Assembly (NCBI GenBank): GCA_040381555.1
Contig: JBEIHC010000001.1
Location: 3,091 to 67,090 of the forward strand
DNA: 64,000 nucleotides
Direction: 5' to 3'
From: Bacteroidia bacterium
GTDB taxonomy: Bacteria; Bacteroidota; Bacteroidia; J057; RFSG01
Shown here: positions 46,615 to 56,395 of the stretch, one piece after another
How positions within the stretch are numbered: position 1 is the stretch's first letter
Layout: the number at the start of each line of letters is the position of its first letter
Notes under the pieces: generated by a model
The model's database searches: none
What the model saw: only the letters and a program-made list of their open reading frames with translations
Told to the model about the DNA's origin: nothing
Translations under genes and position numbers: made by a program

Positions 46615-48453
46615 ATGGTACTTTTCTATAAGTGGTATCGGAAAGAACTATTTCCCAATTATAATACTCTCTGTTTACCTACTGAATGGAAGTCAGGTAA
46701 AATACAGCAGTCGTCTTCCTATTCTTTATATCTAAACAAGATATTTTTACTGTGTATCCTATTTTTATTAGCTGCTTGTTCCTCCCGCAAATCAGTGGAC
46801 AAGGGAGGTTATTCAAGCCCTTTAGGTACATCGGCAGTGCAAGAAATTAAAGTGAAGGTGGATAATTACTTTGTGGAGGCTGCCACCCAGGCACTACTAC
46901 TCAATTATCCAGAGGCGATATCGCTCTACAAAGAAGTATTGAATCTTCAGCCGAATAATCATGCTGCCCTTTATGAGGTATCCCGTCTTATGGTTCAGGC
47001 TGGGCGTCCAGCAGAAGGATTGGATTATGCTCAAAAAGCTTGGTTGCTGCAGAATAAAAATTATTGGTACGGTAAACAGGCTGCGGATGTTAATCTGATG
47101 CTCAGTAAAACGGCTGAAGCGGAGAAAATTTTAGTGAAAATGGCTGAACTTTTTCCGGATGATCCGGAAGTTAGAATTGAATTGTCTGATTTATATTTAA
47201 AAACCAGTCAGAATGACAAGGCCATCAAAAGTTTAGACCAGTTGGAGCGTATTTCGGGAGCTTCTCCTCAGATTGGATTGCAGCGTTTTCGAATTTATGC
47301 AGGAACAGGTAAACCGATTGAGGCCAAGAATGAAATACGGAAATTGATTCGGTCAGAGCCTGAAAATTCGGATTATTATCGTTTTCTTCATGATTTTTTT
47401 CTACTCCAAAATCAGCCGGACAGTGCTGGTTTGGTACTTCAGAATTTGCTGGAAGTAGACCCTTCTAATTCCTTTGCTCTCATTAGTTTATCTCAATTCT
47501 ATAAGAGTAAAGGAAAAACAAAGGAAGCGGCTGAATTACAATCTCGGGCACTGAAGTCAGATGGGATGACTCCGGATGGGAGGTTGCAATTGTTGTTGGC
47601 CCTAACTACTCAACTTGAAAGAGATTCTGCGCTATTACCCCAGATAACAGAAGCGGCAGATGGCTTGTTAAAAGAAATTCCAGACAATGCTTTATTAATG
47701 GCGCTCAGAGCAGATTTATTTCGCTTTCGAGGTCAGTATGATTCTGCCCGTTATTGGCTCAGTGCCTCTCTACTCAAAGAAGGTACCCAAGAAAGTTTAT
47801 GGGAAAATCTATTGTACTTAGATGCCAGTATGGAACGCTATGATTTATTGTACAAAGACAGTGAGCGGGCCTTGGAATATTTCCCCAACAATGAATCCAT
47901 TCTTTATATGCAGGGGGTTTCTGCCTTCTCCTTGAAAAAATATGAGGATGCACGCTATGCTTTGGAGAAGACGATTAAAGTGATGCAAGAAGATGCTCAG
48001 AAGAAAGCTCAAATACTGGGTACTTTGGGAGATATTTATCATTATTTGGAAAACCATGAATTATCCGATAAATCTTTTGAGGAGGCATTAAAAGTAGATC
48101 AGAACAATGCGACCCTATTGAATAATTATGCCTACTATCTCTCTTTGAGAAATGTCCAATTGGAAAAAGCAGCCGAAATGGTCAAGAAGGCTATGGAATT
48201 GGTTCCCAACACTGCTTCCTTTGAGGATACTTATGGTTGGATTTTGTATCAGCAAGGAAAATATTCTGAGGCAAAAAAATGGATTCAAGCAGCATTTGAT
48301 AAGTCTGAATCTGCAGATGTGGCGCATCATTTGGGAGATGTGCTCTTTAAAACCGGAGAATTGTCTAAGGCTTTGGAATATTGGAAGAAAGCCAAAGAAT
48401 TGGGAATTGACACTCCCGAATTGAATTTGAAAATTTCTAGCGGGAAGTTTTGA
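46615..48453 (+). CDS. TPR-repeat lipoprotein
   Basis: Lipobox-like LLCILFLLAACSS followed by many TPR-like helices. The start codon is uncertain (the track gives 46546). Confidence 0.7.
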   Translation: MVLFYKWYRKELFPNYNTLCLPTEWKSGKIQQSSSYSLYLNKIFLLCILFLLAACSSRKSVDKGGYSSPLGTSAVQEIKVKVDNYFVEAATQALLLNYPEAISLYKEVLNLQPNNHAALYEVSRLMVQAGRPAEGLDYAQKAWLLQNKNYWYGKQAADVNLMLSKTAEAEKILVKMAELFPDDPEVRIELSDLYLKTSQNDKAIKSLDQLERISGASPQIGLQRFRIYAGTGKPIEAKNEIRKLIRSEPENSDYYRFLHDFFLLQNQPDSAGLVLQNLLEVDPSNSFALISLSQFYKSKGKTKEAAELQSRALKSDGMTPDGRLQLLLALTTQLERDSALLPQITEAADGLLKEIPDNALLMALRADLFRFRGQYDSARYWLSASLLKEGTQESLWENLLYLDASMERYDLLYKDSERALEYFPNNESILYMQGVSAFSLKKYEDARYALEKTIKVMQEDAQKKAQILGTLGDIYHYLENHELSDKSFEEALKVDQNNATLLNNYAYYLSLRNVQLEKAAEMVKKAMELVPNTASFEDTYGWILYQQGKYSEAKKWIQAAFDKSESADVAHHLGDVLFKTGELSKALEYWKKAKELGIDTPELNLKISSGKF

Positions 48454-49232
48454 TGAGGAAATTTGAGCTGATTATATTGTTAATGCTATCCACCGGTTTT
48501 TTTTCCTGTGGCTCGTCCCTAAAAAGTTCTAAATCAGCTACTCCAATTTCTGAAAAAGAAATAACTCCACAGGACATGTTGAATCGGAATAAATCCGGTG
48601 ATTTTTTATTCCATAACTTGTCTTTAAAAGGAGACGGAAAATTTCAAAGTAAAAAGGAGGACCTCTCTTTTAGTTATCGGGTATTGATGGTTCAGGATAG
48701 TCTTATTTGGTGTTCTATATCAAAGTTAGGAATTGAAGCGTTGCGCATTCAGATAAGCCCGGATAGTATTGAAGTGTTGGATCGTTTAAACAAGCAGTAT
48801 GCCCACGCCGACTATAGTTTTTTGCAAAGACTCACTGGAATGGATTTAGATTATCGGGCCCTTGAAAATCTTTTGACGGGTAATATTGTGTTTGTAAAAG
48901 ACAGTTTATTGGCTGATCCAAAAAGTAAAATTCCCCATCGCTTTTTAGGAAAAAAAGACAGTACATTTTTTGCTTATCATCTGAATGCAGAAAATTTCAA
49001 AGTGAATCGAATGGAGGCTGAAAACACAGCTAAAAATCAAAAAACTTTTATTACCTATTCCACATTCAAGGAGTTAAGCGGATTTCTGATACCAGAGTAC
49101 ATTTTGTTGACAGTTGTAAAGCCCGAGCGAAACCAACTGGAATTGACTCACACTCGAATTGAACGCGACCAGGCGATGTTATCTTTAAATTTTACTATTC
49201 CGGAATCCTATGCACGCATTCGGCTTCGTTAG
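48450..49232 (+). CDS. DUF4292-like (LolB-like) lipoprotein
   Basis: Lipobox LSTGFFSC, about 260 aa. It sits in the conserved TPR / DUF4292 / M23 arrangement I recall from Bacteroidota. Confidence 0.55.
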   Translation: MMRKFELIILLMLSTGFFSCGSSLKSSKSATPISEKEITPQDMLNRNKSGDFLFHNLSLKGDGKFQSKKEDLSFSYRVLMVQDSLIWCSISKLGIEALRIQISPDSIEVLDRLNKQYAHADYSFLQRLTGMDLDYRALENLLTGNIVFVKDSLLADPKSKIPHRFLGKKDSTFFAYHLNAENFKVNRMEAENTAKNQKTFITYSTFKELSGFLIPEYILLTVVKPERNQLELTHTRIERDQAMLSLNFTIPESYARIRLR

Positions 49233-50436
49233 GAAACGCTTGTCCTTCTGGGTGCTGATTATCCTGCTGATGCTTGCCCAAGGACTTCATGCTCAGAAAA
49301 AAAGCAAAGCCCAATTAGAGCGGGAAAGAGTCCGGATGGAGAAGGAAATTCAGTTGACCAACAAATTGCTAAAAGAAACTAAACAAGTAAAGAAGCAATC
49401 GTTGAATGAATTGAATTTATTGAAAAAACAGATCAATTTACGAGAGCGTTTAGTTACTAGTCTCAACGAAGAAATCACTACGCTGCAGCGAGATATTTAT
49501 CGTTCAATAGACATGATCGATATGATGCATCAGGATTTGACGAGGCTTCAGATAGAATATGGGGAAATAGCTTGGCTCACTTATAAAGAACAGACACCTG
49601 TTTCTGTCATGCTTTGGTTGTTTAGTTCGGACAGTTTTTATCAAGCCTATCGAAGATTGCAATATTTTCGGGAGTTTAGCCGGTATCGAAAAAATCAGAT
49701 TCAGATTATTCGAAGGACTCAGGTTTTTCTTACGCGTAAAACGCAAGAGTTGGATTTTAAGCGAAACGAGAAAAATCATTTAATGGGAAAACAGCAGACT
49801 GAAAATGTGAAGTTAGTCAGCATTAAAAAGGAGAAGGATTATTTGGTTAATTCTCTTCAGATGAAAGAAAGTGAATATCAAAAGACTCTCAAAGAAAAAC
49901 AAAAGGCACTAGAGAAGTTGAATTCTGAGATTGATAAAATGATTCGGGAGTCGATGAAGGTAAATGCAAAGAAGTCAGAGAAAGGAGAAGGCGAATCAGA
50001 CATTTTAAATCCATTGTCTGGAGCATTTGAGCGAAACAAAGGTCTTCTTCCCTGGCCTTTACCTTCCAATAAGGGCCTGATTACCGGGGAGTTCGGTATC
50101 CAAAAAGACAAGGACGGCTTGGAAGTTAACAATCATGGAATTTATATTTCAACTGCTCAGAATCAGACTGTAAGGGCAATTTTCAGCGGGGTAGTCACAG
50201 CAGTTAAAAGCATCCCGGGTTTCGGTAAAGTGGTCATTATTGGGCATGGTCGGTATCGTACTGTTTACACCAACTTGAAGGAGGTAATTGTGCAGGAAGG
50301 GGATAAGATTCAAGGACTGCAAGAAATTGGGATTGTCAAAACGGATAACCAAACAGGGGAAACTGAATTGCACTTTCAGATTTATCGGGATAAAATACCC
50401 ATTGATCCTGCGGAATGGATCGCGGGTAAGCGCTGA
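49210..50436 (+). CDS. M23 peptidase-domain murein hydrolase activator (EnvC-like, coiled coil)
   Basis: Signal peptide, long coiled coil, and a C-terminal LytM region (GKVVIIGHGRYRTVYTNL, ELHFQIY). Confidence 0.85.
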   Translation: MHAFGFVRKRLSFWVLIILLMLAQGLHAQKKSKAQLERERVRMEKEIQLTNKLLKETKQVKKQSLNELNLLKKQINLRERLVTSLNEEITTLQRDIYRSIDMIDMMHQDLTRLQIEYGEIAWLTYKEQTPVSVMLWLFSSDSFYQAYRRLQYFREFSRYRKNQIQIIRRTQVFLTRKTQELDFKRNEKNHLMGKQQTENVKLVSIKKEKDYLVNSLQMKESEYQKTLKEKQKALEKLNSEIDKMIRESMKVNAKKSEKGEGESDILNPLSGAFERNKGLLPWPLPSNKGLITGEFGIQKDKDGLEVNNHGIYISTAQNQTVRAIFSGVVTAVKSIPGFGKVVIIGHGRYRTVYTNLKEVIVQEGDKIQGLQEIGIVKTDNQTGETELHFQIYRDKIPIDPAEWIAGKR

Positions 50437-50503
50437 TATTTATTGGCTGCTGCACCCTGTACCTTAACTTTCAAACTTTAATCGTATATTTGCCTGTATA
50501 GTT

Positions 50504-50719
50504 ATGCAAATTCCTCTGCTTATGTTTGGTTTAGGTACTGGTGAGATTATTCTCATACTTCTCGTTATTATTATTTTCTTTGGCGCTAAGAAAATTCCAG
50601 AATTAGCGCGTGGAATGGGGCGCGGTATCCGCGAATTCAAAGAAGCCTCTCAGGAGGTCAAAAAAGAAATAGAAACTTCGGTACAGGAAAAACCTGCACA
50701 GAAGGAGGATAAAGCCTGA
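50504..50719 (+). CDS. tatA: Twin-arginine translocase subunit TatA/E
   Basis: One TM helix followed by FGAKKIPELARGMGRGIREFK. Confidence 0.9.
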   Translation: MQIPLLMFGLGTGEIILILLVIIIFFGAKKIPELARGMGRGIREFKEASQEVKKEIETSVQEKPAQKEDKA

Positions 50720-50729
50720 TTGTTCGAAA

Positions 50730-52169
50730 GTGGAGTGGAAATATGATGGTCTGAGTGCTATACGCGCAGTAAAGACCGGCGAAATTTCGTGTCGTGAAGT
50801 TACTTCTTGGTTTCTACATGAGGCTAAACGAAAGAATGATTCCCTGAATTGCTGGTTAGATATCTATGAAGATTCAGCCTTGGCTCAATCGGATAAGTTG
50901 GATGTAAAAATCCAATCAGGTGAGTATCTCCCTTTAGCCGGCATGGTTATCGGAATAAAAGATGTACTCTGCTATGCCCAACATCCAGTTAGTGCAGGAT
51001 CACAAATTTTAAAAGGATATAATTCTCCCTTTACCGCCACCTCTGTACAGCGCCTAATAGATGCAGGCGCTATTATCTTGGGGCGTTTAAATTGTGATGA
51101 ATTTGCCATGGGGTCCTCCAATGAAAACTCTTCTTATGGTTCGGTAAAAAATCCATTGGATTTAGGTAGGGTGCCTGGCGGATCTTCAGGAGGTTCCTCG
51201 GCCGCTGTCGCTGCAGGTACATGTCATGCTACCTTGGGCACCGATACGGGAGGGTCCATTCGTCAGCCTGCTGCTTTTTGCGGCTTGGTTGGATTAAAGC
51301 CTACTTACGGCAGAGTTTCACGCTATGGTATGTTGGCTTATGCTTCCTCATTTGACCAAATAGGACCCCTGTCTCATACCATAGAGGACGCAGCATTAAT
51401 ATTACAATATATGGCTGGTTTTGACCCAAACGATTCGACCAGTTCCAATCGTGCGGTGGATACCTATTCCGATTTACTGAATACTCAAAGCAAGAAGTTT
51501 ACAATAGGGGTTATAGCCGAAACATTGGAAATGTCAGGCTTAGATCCGGAAATAAAAGCTGCCACTTTCGCTCTCTTGGAAAAGCTCAAAGAGAAAGGTC
51601 ATATCATAAAAGAAGTTAGTTTTCCGTTTCTTAATCATGTTGTTCCAACTTATTATGTATTAACTACGGCCGAGGCCTCCTCAAATTTATCCCGATATGA
51701 TGGAGTGCGCTTTGGATATCGGGCTACCGATGCTCAAACTATTGACGAAGTTTATACAAAATCAAGGTCAACTGGATTTGGACCAGAGGTAAAACGGAGA
51801 ATAATGTTAGGAACTTTTGTCCTGTCTGCAGGATATTATGATGCTTATTATACAAAAGGAATGCAGGTCAGACGGAAAATAAAAGAATCAACCCAAGAAC
51901 TTTTGAAGGAATGTGATTTCATTATTTCCCCCACTACTCCCACACCTGCCTTTGCTTTCGGCGAAAAAAGCAAGGATCCAATCTCTATGTATTTATCCGA
52001 TATATTTACCGTTCATGCCAACCTATCTGGGCATCCGGCAATCAGTGTACCATTTGCAGGACACAGTAGTGGACTACCATTTGGGATTCAGGTTTTAGGA
52101 GACTACTTTAGCGAATCCAAATTACTCGGGTTTTCCCGGGCATTAATGGAACTTACCTGGAAGAATTAA
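50730..52169 (+). CDS. gatA: Asp-tRNA(Asn)/Glu-tRNA(Gln) amidotransferase subunit A
   Basis: Amidase signature GGSSGGSSAAVAAG...GTDTGGSIRQPA. GTG start. Confidence 0.92.
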   Translation: MEWKYDGLSAIRAVKTGEISCREVTSWFLHEAKRKNDSLNCWLDIYEDSALAQSDKLDVKIQSGEYLPLAGMVIGIKDVLCYAQHPVSAGSQILKGYNSPFTATSVQRLIDAGAIILGRLNCDEFAMGSSNENSSYGSVKNPLDLGRVPGGSSGGSSAAVAAGTCHATLGTDTGGSIRQPAAFCGLVGLKPTYGRVSRYGMLAYASSFDQIGPLSHTIEDAALILQYMAGFDPNDSTSSNRAVDTYSDLLNTQSKKFTIGVIAETLEMSGLDPEIKAATFALLEKLKEKGHIIKEVSFPFLNHVVPTYYVLTTAEASSNLSRYDGVRFGYRATDAQTIDEVYTKSRSTGFGPEVKRRIMLGTFVLSAGYYDAYYTKGMQVRRKIKESTQELLKECDFIISPTTPTPAFAFGEKSKDPISMYLSDIFTVHANLSGHPAISVPFAGHSSGLPFGIQVLGDYFSESKLLGFSRALMELTWKN

Positions 52170-52180
52170 CAGAATTGCTT

Positions 52181-53464
52181 ATGAAGTATTTTTTTCGTGC
52201 ACTCGTCTTACCTATTTGTCTGATTTTTTCAGCAAACATTCTGCCTGCACAAACTCCCGATTGTGACCAAACTCCAATTGCGTGTATGTTGGACAGTCTG
52301 CTGAGCAACTATCAGTACAAGGTAAAGACCCGGATGAATAACCGAAACACAGTAAAAAATACTTTTGGGTATGCAGAAACAGATGTTCCAAGCGCTGAAC
52401 CTCAGGTAATCAAAGATAGAATGCGTCGCTTGGGTTATGAGATACCTTTGAATTACAATCCCCAAGTTCAGTCATTTATCGATTTGTATACCGTTCGTCG
52501 TCGAGATCAGGTTGAGAAAATATTAGGATTGATGCCTGTTTACTTTCCCATTTTTGAGGAAGTATTTGACAAGGCAGGTATTCCTATGGAAATTAAATAC
52601 CTTTCAATTGTGGAGAGTGCTCTCAATCCTCATGCAATTTCCAGAGTAGGAGCTACTGGTGCTTGGCAGTTCATGTATTATACTGCCCGATTGTATAATT
52701 TAAATATTGATACTTATGTCGATGAACGCCGCGATCCACACAAATCCGCCGTTGCTGCAGCAGAGTATTTTAAAAACATGTACCGTATCTACAAAGATTG
52801 GCATTTGGTTATTGCCGCTTATAATTGTGGTCCAGGAAATGTAAACAAGGCTATTCGTCGCTCTGGAGGGAAAACAAATTTTTGGGAGATTAGCCCTTAT
52901 CTACCAGCAGAAACACGGGGGTATGTGCCAGCCTTTATGGCTGCTTGTTATGTATTTAATTATTCTGCGGAACATAATCTATACGCTCAACAGGTAGATT
53001 TTTCCTACCATCAAGATACCTTACACATCGTGCAATGCAAATTGAATTTGAAAGAATTAGCGGCAACATCCGGTGTTGAATATGAATTACTCAAAAGCCT
53101 CAATCCTGAATTGAAAACGGATTTTGTGCCTTATTCTGAAAAGGGGTATGTATTGAGAGTGCCTGCTAAAATTTCACAAATTGCCGCTTCAAATCCGGAG
53201 CAAGTTTATAAGTCCAGTGTGGCTCCGGTTGAAACACCCACGCTCGCCTCCAATTCTACTGACGCATCCGATAGCCGCCAATTAGTAAGTGGAAAAGGAA
53301 ATCTTACCTATTACACAGTAAAATCAGGAGATGTGGTTGGTAATATCGCGAAGAAATATGGGGTGACAGCCTCTCAAATTGCCCAATGGAATGGTTTAAG
53401 AGCCTATCGAATTAATCCAGGACAAAGGTTAAAGATATATCCGCGTACCCAATACAAAGGATAA
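52181..53464 (+). CDS. Lytic transglycosylase (MltD-like) with a C-terminal LysM domain
   Basis: SLT motif SIVESALNPHAISRVGATGAWQFM and LysM YYTVKSGDVVGNIAKKYGVTASQIAQWNGL. Confidence 0.88.
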   Translation: MKYFFRALVLPICLIFSANILPAQTPDCDQTPIACMLDSLLSNYQYKVKTRMNNRNTVKNTFGYAETDVPSAEPQVIKDRMRRLGYEIPLNYNPQVQSFIDLYTVRRRDQVEKILGLMPVYFPIFEEVFDKAGIPMEIKYLSIVESALNPHAISRVGATGAWQFMYYTARLYNLNIDTYVDERRDPHKSAVAAAEYFKNMYRIYKDWHLVIAAYNCGPGNVNKAIRRSGGKTNFWEISPYLPAETRGYVPAFMAACYVFNYSAEHNLYAQQVDFSYHQDTLHIVQCKLNLKELAATSGVEYELLKSLNPELKTDFVPYSEKGYVLRVPAKISQIAASNPEQVYKSSVAPVETPTLASNSTDASDSRQLVSGKGNLTYYTVKSGDVVGNIAKKYGVTASQIAQWNGLRAYRINPGQRLKIYPRTQYKG

Positions 53465-53615
53465 TAATAAGAGTATTTATTTAGTGCTTATACAGAAAGT
53501 ATAAATATTTACTACTACTGAATCTCAGGTTTTTGCGTTATTCAAGTAAAAGGAATAAGTGCATAAACCGCTAAAATCAATTCTTTTTTCAAAGAATCCA
53601 GTATCCCAACCTTCG

Positions 53616-53815
53616 GTTTAGGGTAAACTTCAGTTTAGGGTAAACTTCAGTTTAGGGTAAACCTCCGTTTAGGGTAAACTTCCGTTTAGGGTAAACTTCC
53701 GTTTAGGGTAAACTTCCGTTTAGGGTAAACCTCTGTTTAGGGTAAACCTCTGTTTAGGGTAAACCCCGGTTTAGGGTAAACCTCGGTTTAGGGTAAACTT
53801 CCGTTTAGGGTAAAC
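53616..53815. repeat. Tandem array 1: 12 perfect copies of GTTTAGGGTAAAC at a 17-bp period with pyrimidine-rich 4-nt spacers
   Basis: Cores start at 53616 and recur every 17 nt up to 53803. Spacers are ttca, ttca, ctcc, ttcc, ttcc, ttcc, ctct, ctct, cccg, ctcg, ttcc. The array ends 4 nt before the yggS stop codon. Confidence 0.97.
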
Positions 53816-53819
53816 CTTA

Positions 53820-54500
53820 CTATTTCCTTCTGCCGAAAATGGCAGATCCAATTCTCACCATTGTTGCACCCTCTGCTATCGCTATTGCATAGTCTGAACT
53901 CATTCCCATACTCAATTCTGTCAAGGACACATTTCCTCCATTCATAGAGCTTAATTCTTTCAATAGGTTTCTTAAACCTGAAAATTGAGAACGAATCAAT
54001 TGCTGATCCTCTGTCAAAGCAGCCATGCCCATTAAGCCACAAAATTGTATGTTGGGATATAAGGTGGCTTCTTCAAGAATTTTTCTGGCTTCTTCCGGGC
54101 TCATGCCAGATTTGGTCGCTTCCCCTGAAATGAATAGTTGAAGTAATACCGAAATGCTTCGATTGTTCACTGCCGCTTCTTTTTGAATCACCTGCAGTAA
54201 TTTCTCACTATCTACTGAATGAATCATATAGATAAAGGGAGCAATAAATTTTACTTTGTTCGTCTGTAAATGCCCAATCAAATGCCATCTGGCATTGGAT
54301 ATTTCTGCTTGTTTTAGCACCAATTCCTGAACTTTATTTTCTCCCAGATCTAATTGGCCTAACTCAATTACTTTCCGAATATCTTCCACCGGATAGGTTT
54401 TGCTCACTGCAATAAGCTTGACCGAATGGGGCACTCGACCGCTTAAATTTTCCAGGTTCCGGATTTTTTCCTGAACTTCCAACAAGGGATGTAGAACCAT
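53820..54500 (-). CDS. yggS: YggS family pyridoxal-phosphate homeostasis protein
   Basis: PLP-lysine context LIAVSKTYP, HLIGHLQTNKVK, and C-terminal MVRIGSAIFG. Confidence 0.9.
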   Translation of the reverse strand: MVLHPLLEVQEKIRNLENLSGRVPHSVKLIAVSKTYPVEDIRKVIELGQLDLGENKVQELVLKQAEISNARWHLIGHLQTNKVKFIAPFIYMIHSVDSEKLLQVIQKEAAVNNRSISVLLQLFISGEATKSGMSPEEARKILEEATLYPNIQFCGLMGMAALTEDQQLIRSQFSGLRNLLKELSSMNGGNVSLTELSMGMSSDYAIAIAEGATMVRIGSAIFGRRK

Positions 54501-54503
54501 AAA

Positions 54504-55490
54504 TTATTCTTCTAAAGGATTGTACCAGGATAACAATTGAAAGACTAAAGAAAGTAAAAATAAAACCAGGCCAGCCTTAATGAAGAATGGATATTGATCT
54601 TCTACTCTTCGATCGTTTTCTCCTGCACTCAGGCTTTTTTCCAACTGGTTAATTTCATTAAACACTTTTGTGAGCATTTGAGGTTCACTGGCACGATAAA
54701 AATTTCCACCCGTTAGGGTAGATATTTTCTGTAAGGTTTGAATATCTAAGTCAGTCTTTTGAGTGACTAACCCTTTTCCTGGCTCTTTAACCAGAAATTC
54801 TTCTTTCCCAACTCCAACAGTATAAATCCGAATGCCCCTGCTAGCAGCTAGTCTGGCTGAATTGAGTGGATCTAATTTTCCTCTATTATTGGCCCCATCA
54901 GTTACAAGAATGATGATTTTTGAAATGCTTTTAGATTCTTCGAATCGATTAATCGAAACGGCAATGGCCGACCCCATAGCTGTTCCTTCTTTAGGCAGGA
55001 TTCCAATTTTTAACTGCTCCAGTAACTGCAGTAATAAATCATGGTCCATAGTTAAGGGTGCATATGTAAAAGCATCTTCTGCAAATATCACTAGGTTGAT
55101 TCGATCGGAAGGTCTTGCTTGAATAAATTCCTTGCATACCTGCTTTGCCGCTTCTAATCTATTAGGCTCAAAGTCTTCTGTTTCCATAGAAGCAGAGGTG
55201 TCGAGGATTAGCGAGATGTCAATTCCAGAATCTTCTCGTAGCAGTAATTCTCCGGCAGATTGAGGCCTAGCCAGAGCCAATATCCAGCAAGAGATGGCTA
55301 ATATTCGAACACTGATAGGTACCCACCGAAGAATTGAATTGATGGATCCTCTTTTTTGAATTATTTCAGGGTCGTAGCTTAAAGAAATTCTCAGTCTTTT
55401 TTCCGGGTACACCAACAAAAACCAAGATACCCATCCCAATAAAGGAAGCAAGAGCAAAAGAAACCAAGGATGTTCAAAGGTTAGATTCAT
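54504..55490 (-). CDS. batA: VWA domain membrane protein (BatA-like)
   Basis: N-terminal TM helices, MIDAS motif ILDTSASM, and a C-terminal TM helix. Confidence 0.85.
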   Translation of the reverse strand: MNLTFEHPWFLLLLLPLLGWVSWFLLVYPEKRLRISLSYDPEIIQKRGSINSILRWVPISVRILAISCWILALARPQSAGELLLREDSGIDISLILDTSASMETEDFEPNRLEAAKQVCKEFIQARPSDRINLVIFAEDAFTYAPLTMDHDLLLQLLEQLKIGILPKEGTAMGSAIAVSINRFEESKSISKIIILVTDGANNRGKLDPLNSARLAASRGIRIYTVGVGKEEFLVKEPGKGLVTQKTDLDIQTLQKISTLTGGNFYRASEPQMLTKVFNEINQLEKSLSAGENDRRVEDQYPFFIKAGLVLFLLSLVFQLLSWYNPLEE

Positions 55491-56395
55491 ATCCGGATTT
55501 CTTCTACGAGTTGATGCTTTTTACGAAGTAATAATTGAAGGGCGTTTTGCTTTAATTCCTCTCCTTGAAATGATATGGGTGTTTGGCCTGCATAAATAAT
55601 CGAATCTGCCAGTGTGGATAGTTTCAGCAAAAACTGAAGATCTTCAGAAACTAGCTGATTGGGGAATTGGATTTTCTTGAGTTCGGGTGTGCTTAAACTT
55701 TCCAATCGGATGGGCAGATTATTAGAATAATAAGAACGAAATAATTGGTTGAGCGAATAAATGAATTCCTCTTGATAATCAGGGGACAAGCTTTCAATTT
55801 TCTTTCGAATTTGATTGAATTCACTTTGTATTTTTCTCTTTGCCAGGTATTTTAGAATAGGCTTATAGGCGAAATAGACTGTTAGGCCAAGGAGGAGAAT
55901 TCCGATTAAAATAAGTAAAAGCCAGCCTGAATAATCCGGGGGGGCGTGTACCGCTAATAAGTCTTCATGAGCTTTTACCTGTAGGCTATCTTTATTTTCG
56001 GGTAATCGGGAAATGAGCTTAAAAGAATCTTTTAGAATAAGTGTTTTAAGGGTGTCTTGTTTGGAAAGGAGTATGAACGGAAGACTGAGAATTTGTTTTG
56101 GCGCGATTTCAAAAGATCTGAATTCATAAAAAAAGCTATCAACCTGATTAGATCCTATTGTGTTAGAGGAGAGTTCTTTTCGGATATACTCATAGGGTTT
56201 GAATGCTTGTGAGGTATCTGGGAAAATTACTTTTTGATTGCGGTTATATTTAATCCAACCTTTTACCTGCACAGGGTATCCTAAAGCAGCTGTATCTGCA
56301 AGCAACTGCATTTCTCCTTGCAATTGGGCAGATACCTGATTGGACAGGCCATAAATCAGCAACCAAAAAATATATTTATTTAGAATGTGCTGCAT
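55487..56395 (-). CDS. Hypothetical single-pass membrane protein in the DUF58/BatA operon
   Basis: Signal peptide from MQHILNKYIFWLLIYGLSNQVSAQ and central TM helix WLLLILIGILLLGLTVYF. Its position between DUF58 and BatA is typical of small Bat-operon membrane proteins. Confidence 0.5.
   Translation of the reverse strand: MQHILNKYIFWLLIYGLSNQVSAQLQGEMQLLADTAALGYPVQVKGWIKYNRNQKVIFPDTSQAFKPYEYIRKELSSNTIGSNQVDSFFYEFRSFEIAPKQILSLPFILLSKQDTLKTLILKDSFKLISRLPENKDSLQVKAHEDLLAVHAPPDYSGWLLLILIGILLLGLTVYFAYKPILKYLAKRKIQSEFNQIRKKIESLSPDYQEEFIYSLNQLFRSYYSNNLPIRLESLSTPELKKIQFPNQLVSEDLQFLLKLSTLADSIIYAGQTPISFQGEELKQNALQLLLRKKHQLVEEIRI

Noticed and set aside
53616-53815. Could the 17-bp arrays (also 60192..60391) be CRISPR arrays?
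   Set aside because: The repeats are 13 nt and the spacers 4 nt, far below CRISPR dimensions. The spacers are low-complexity variants rather than unique sequences, and no cas genes are present in the window.
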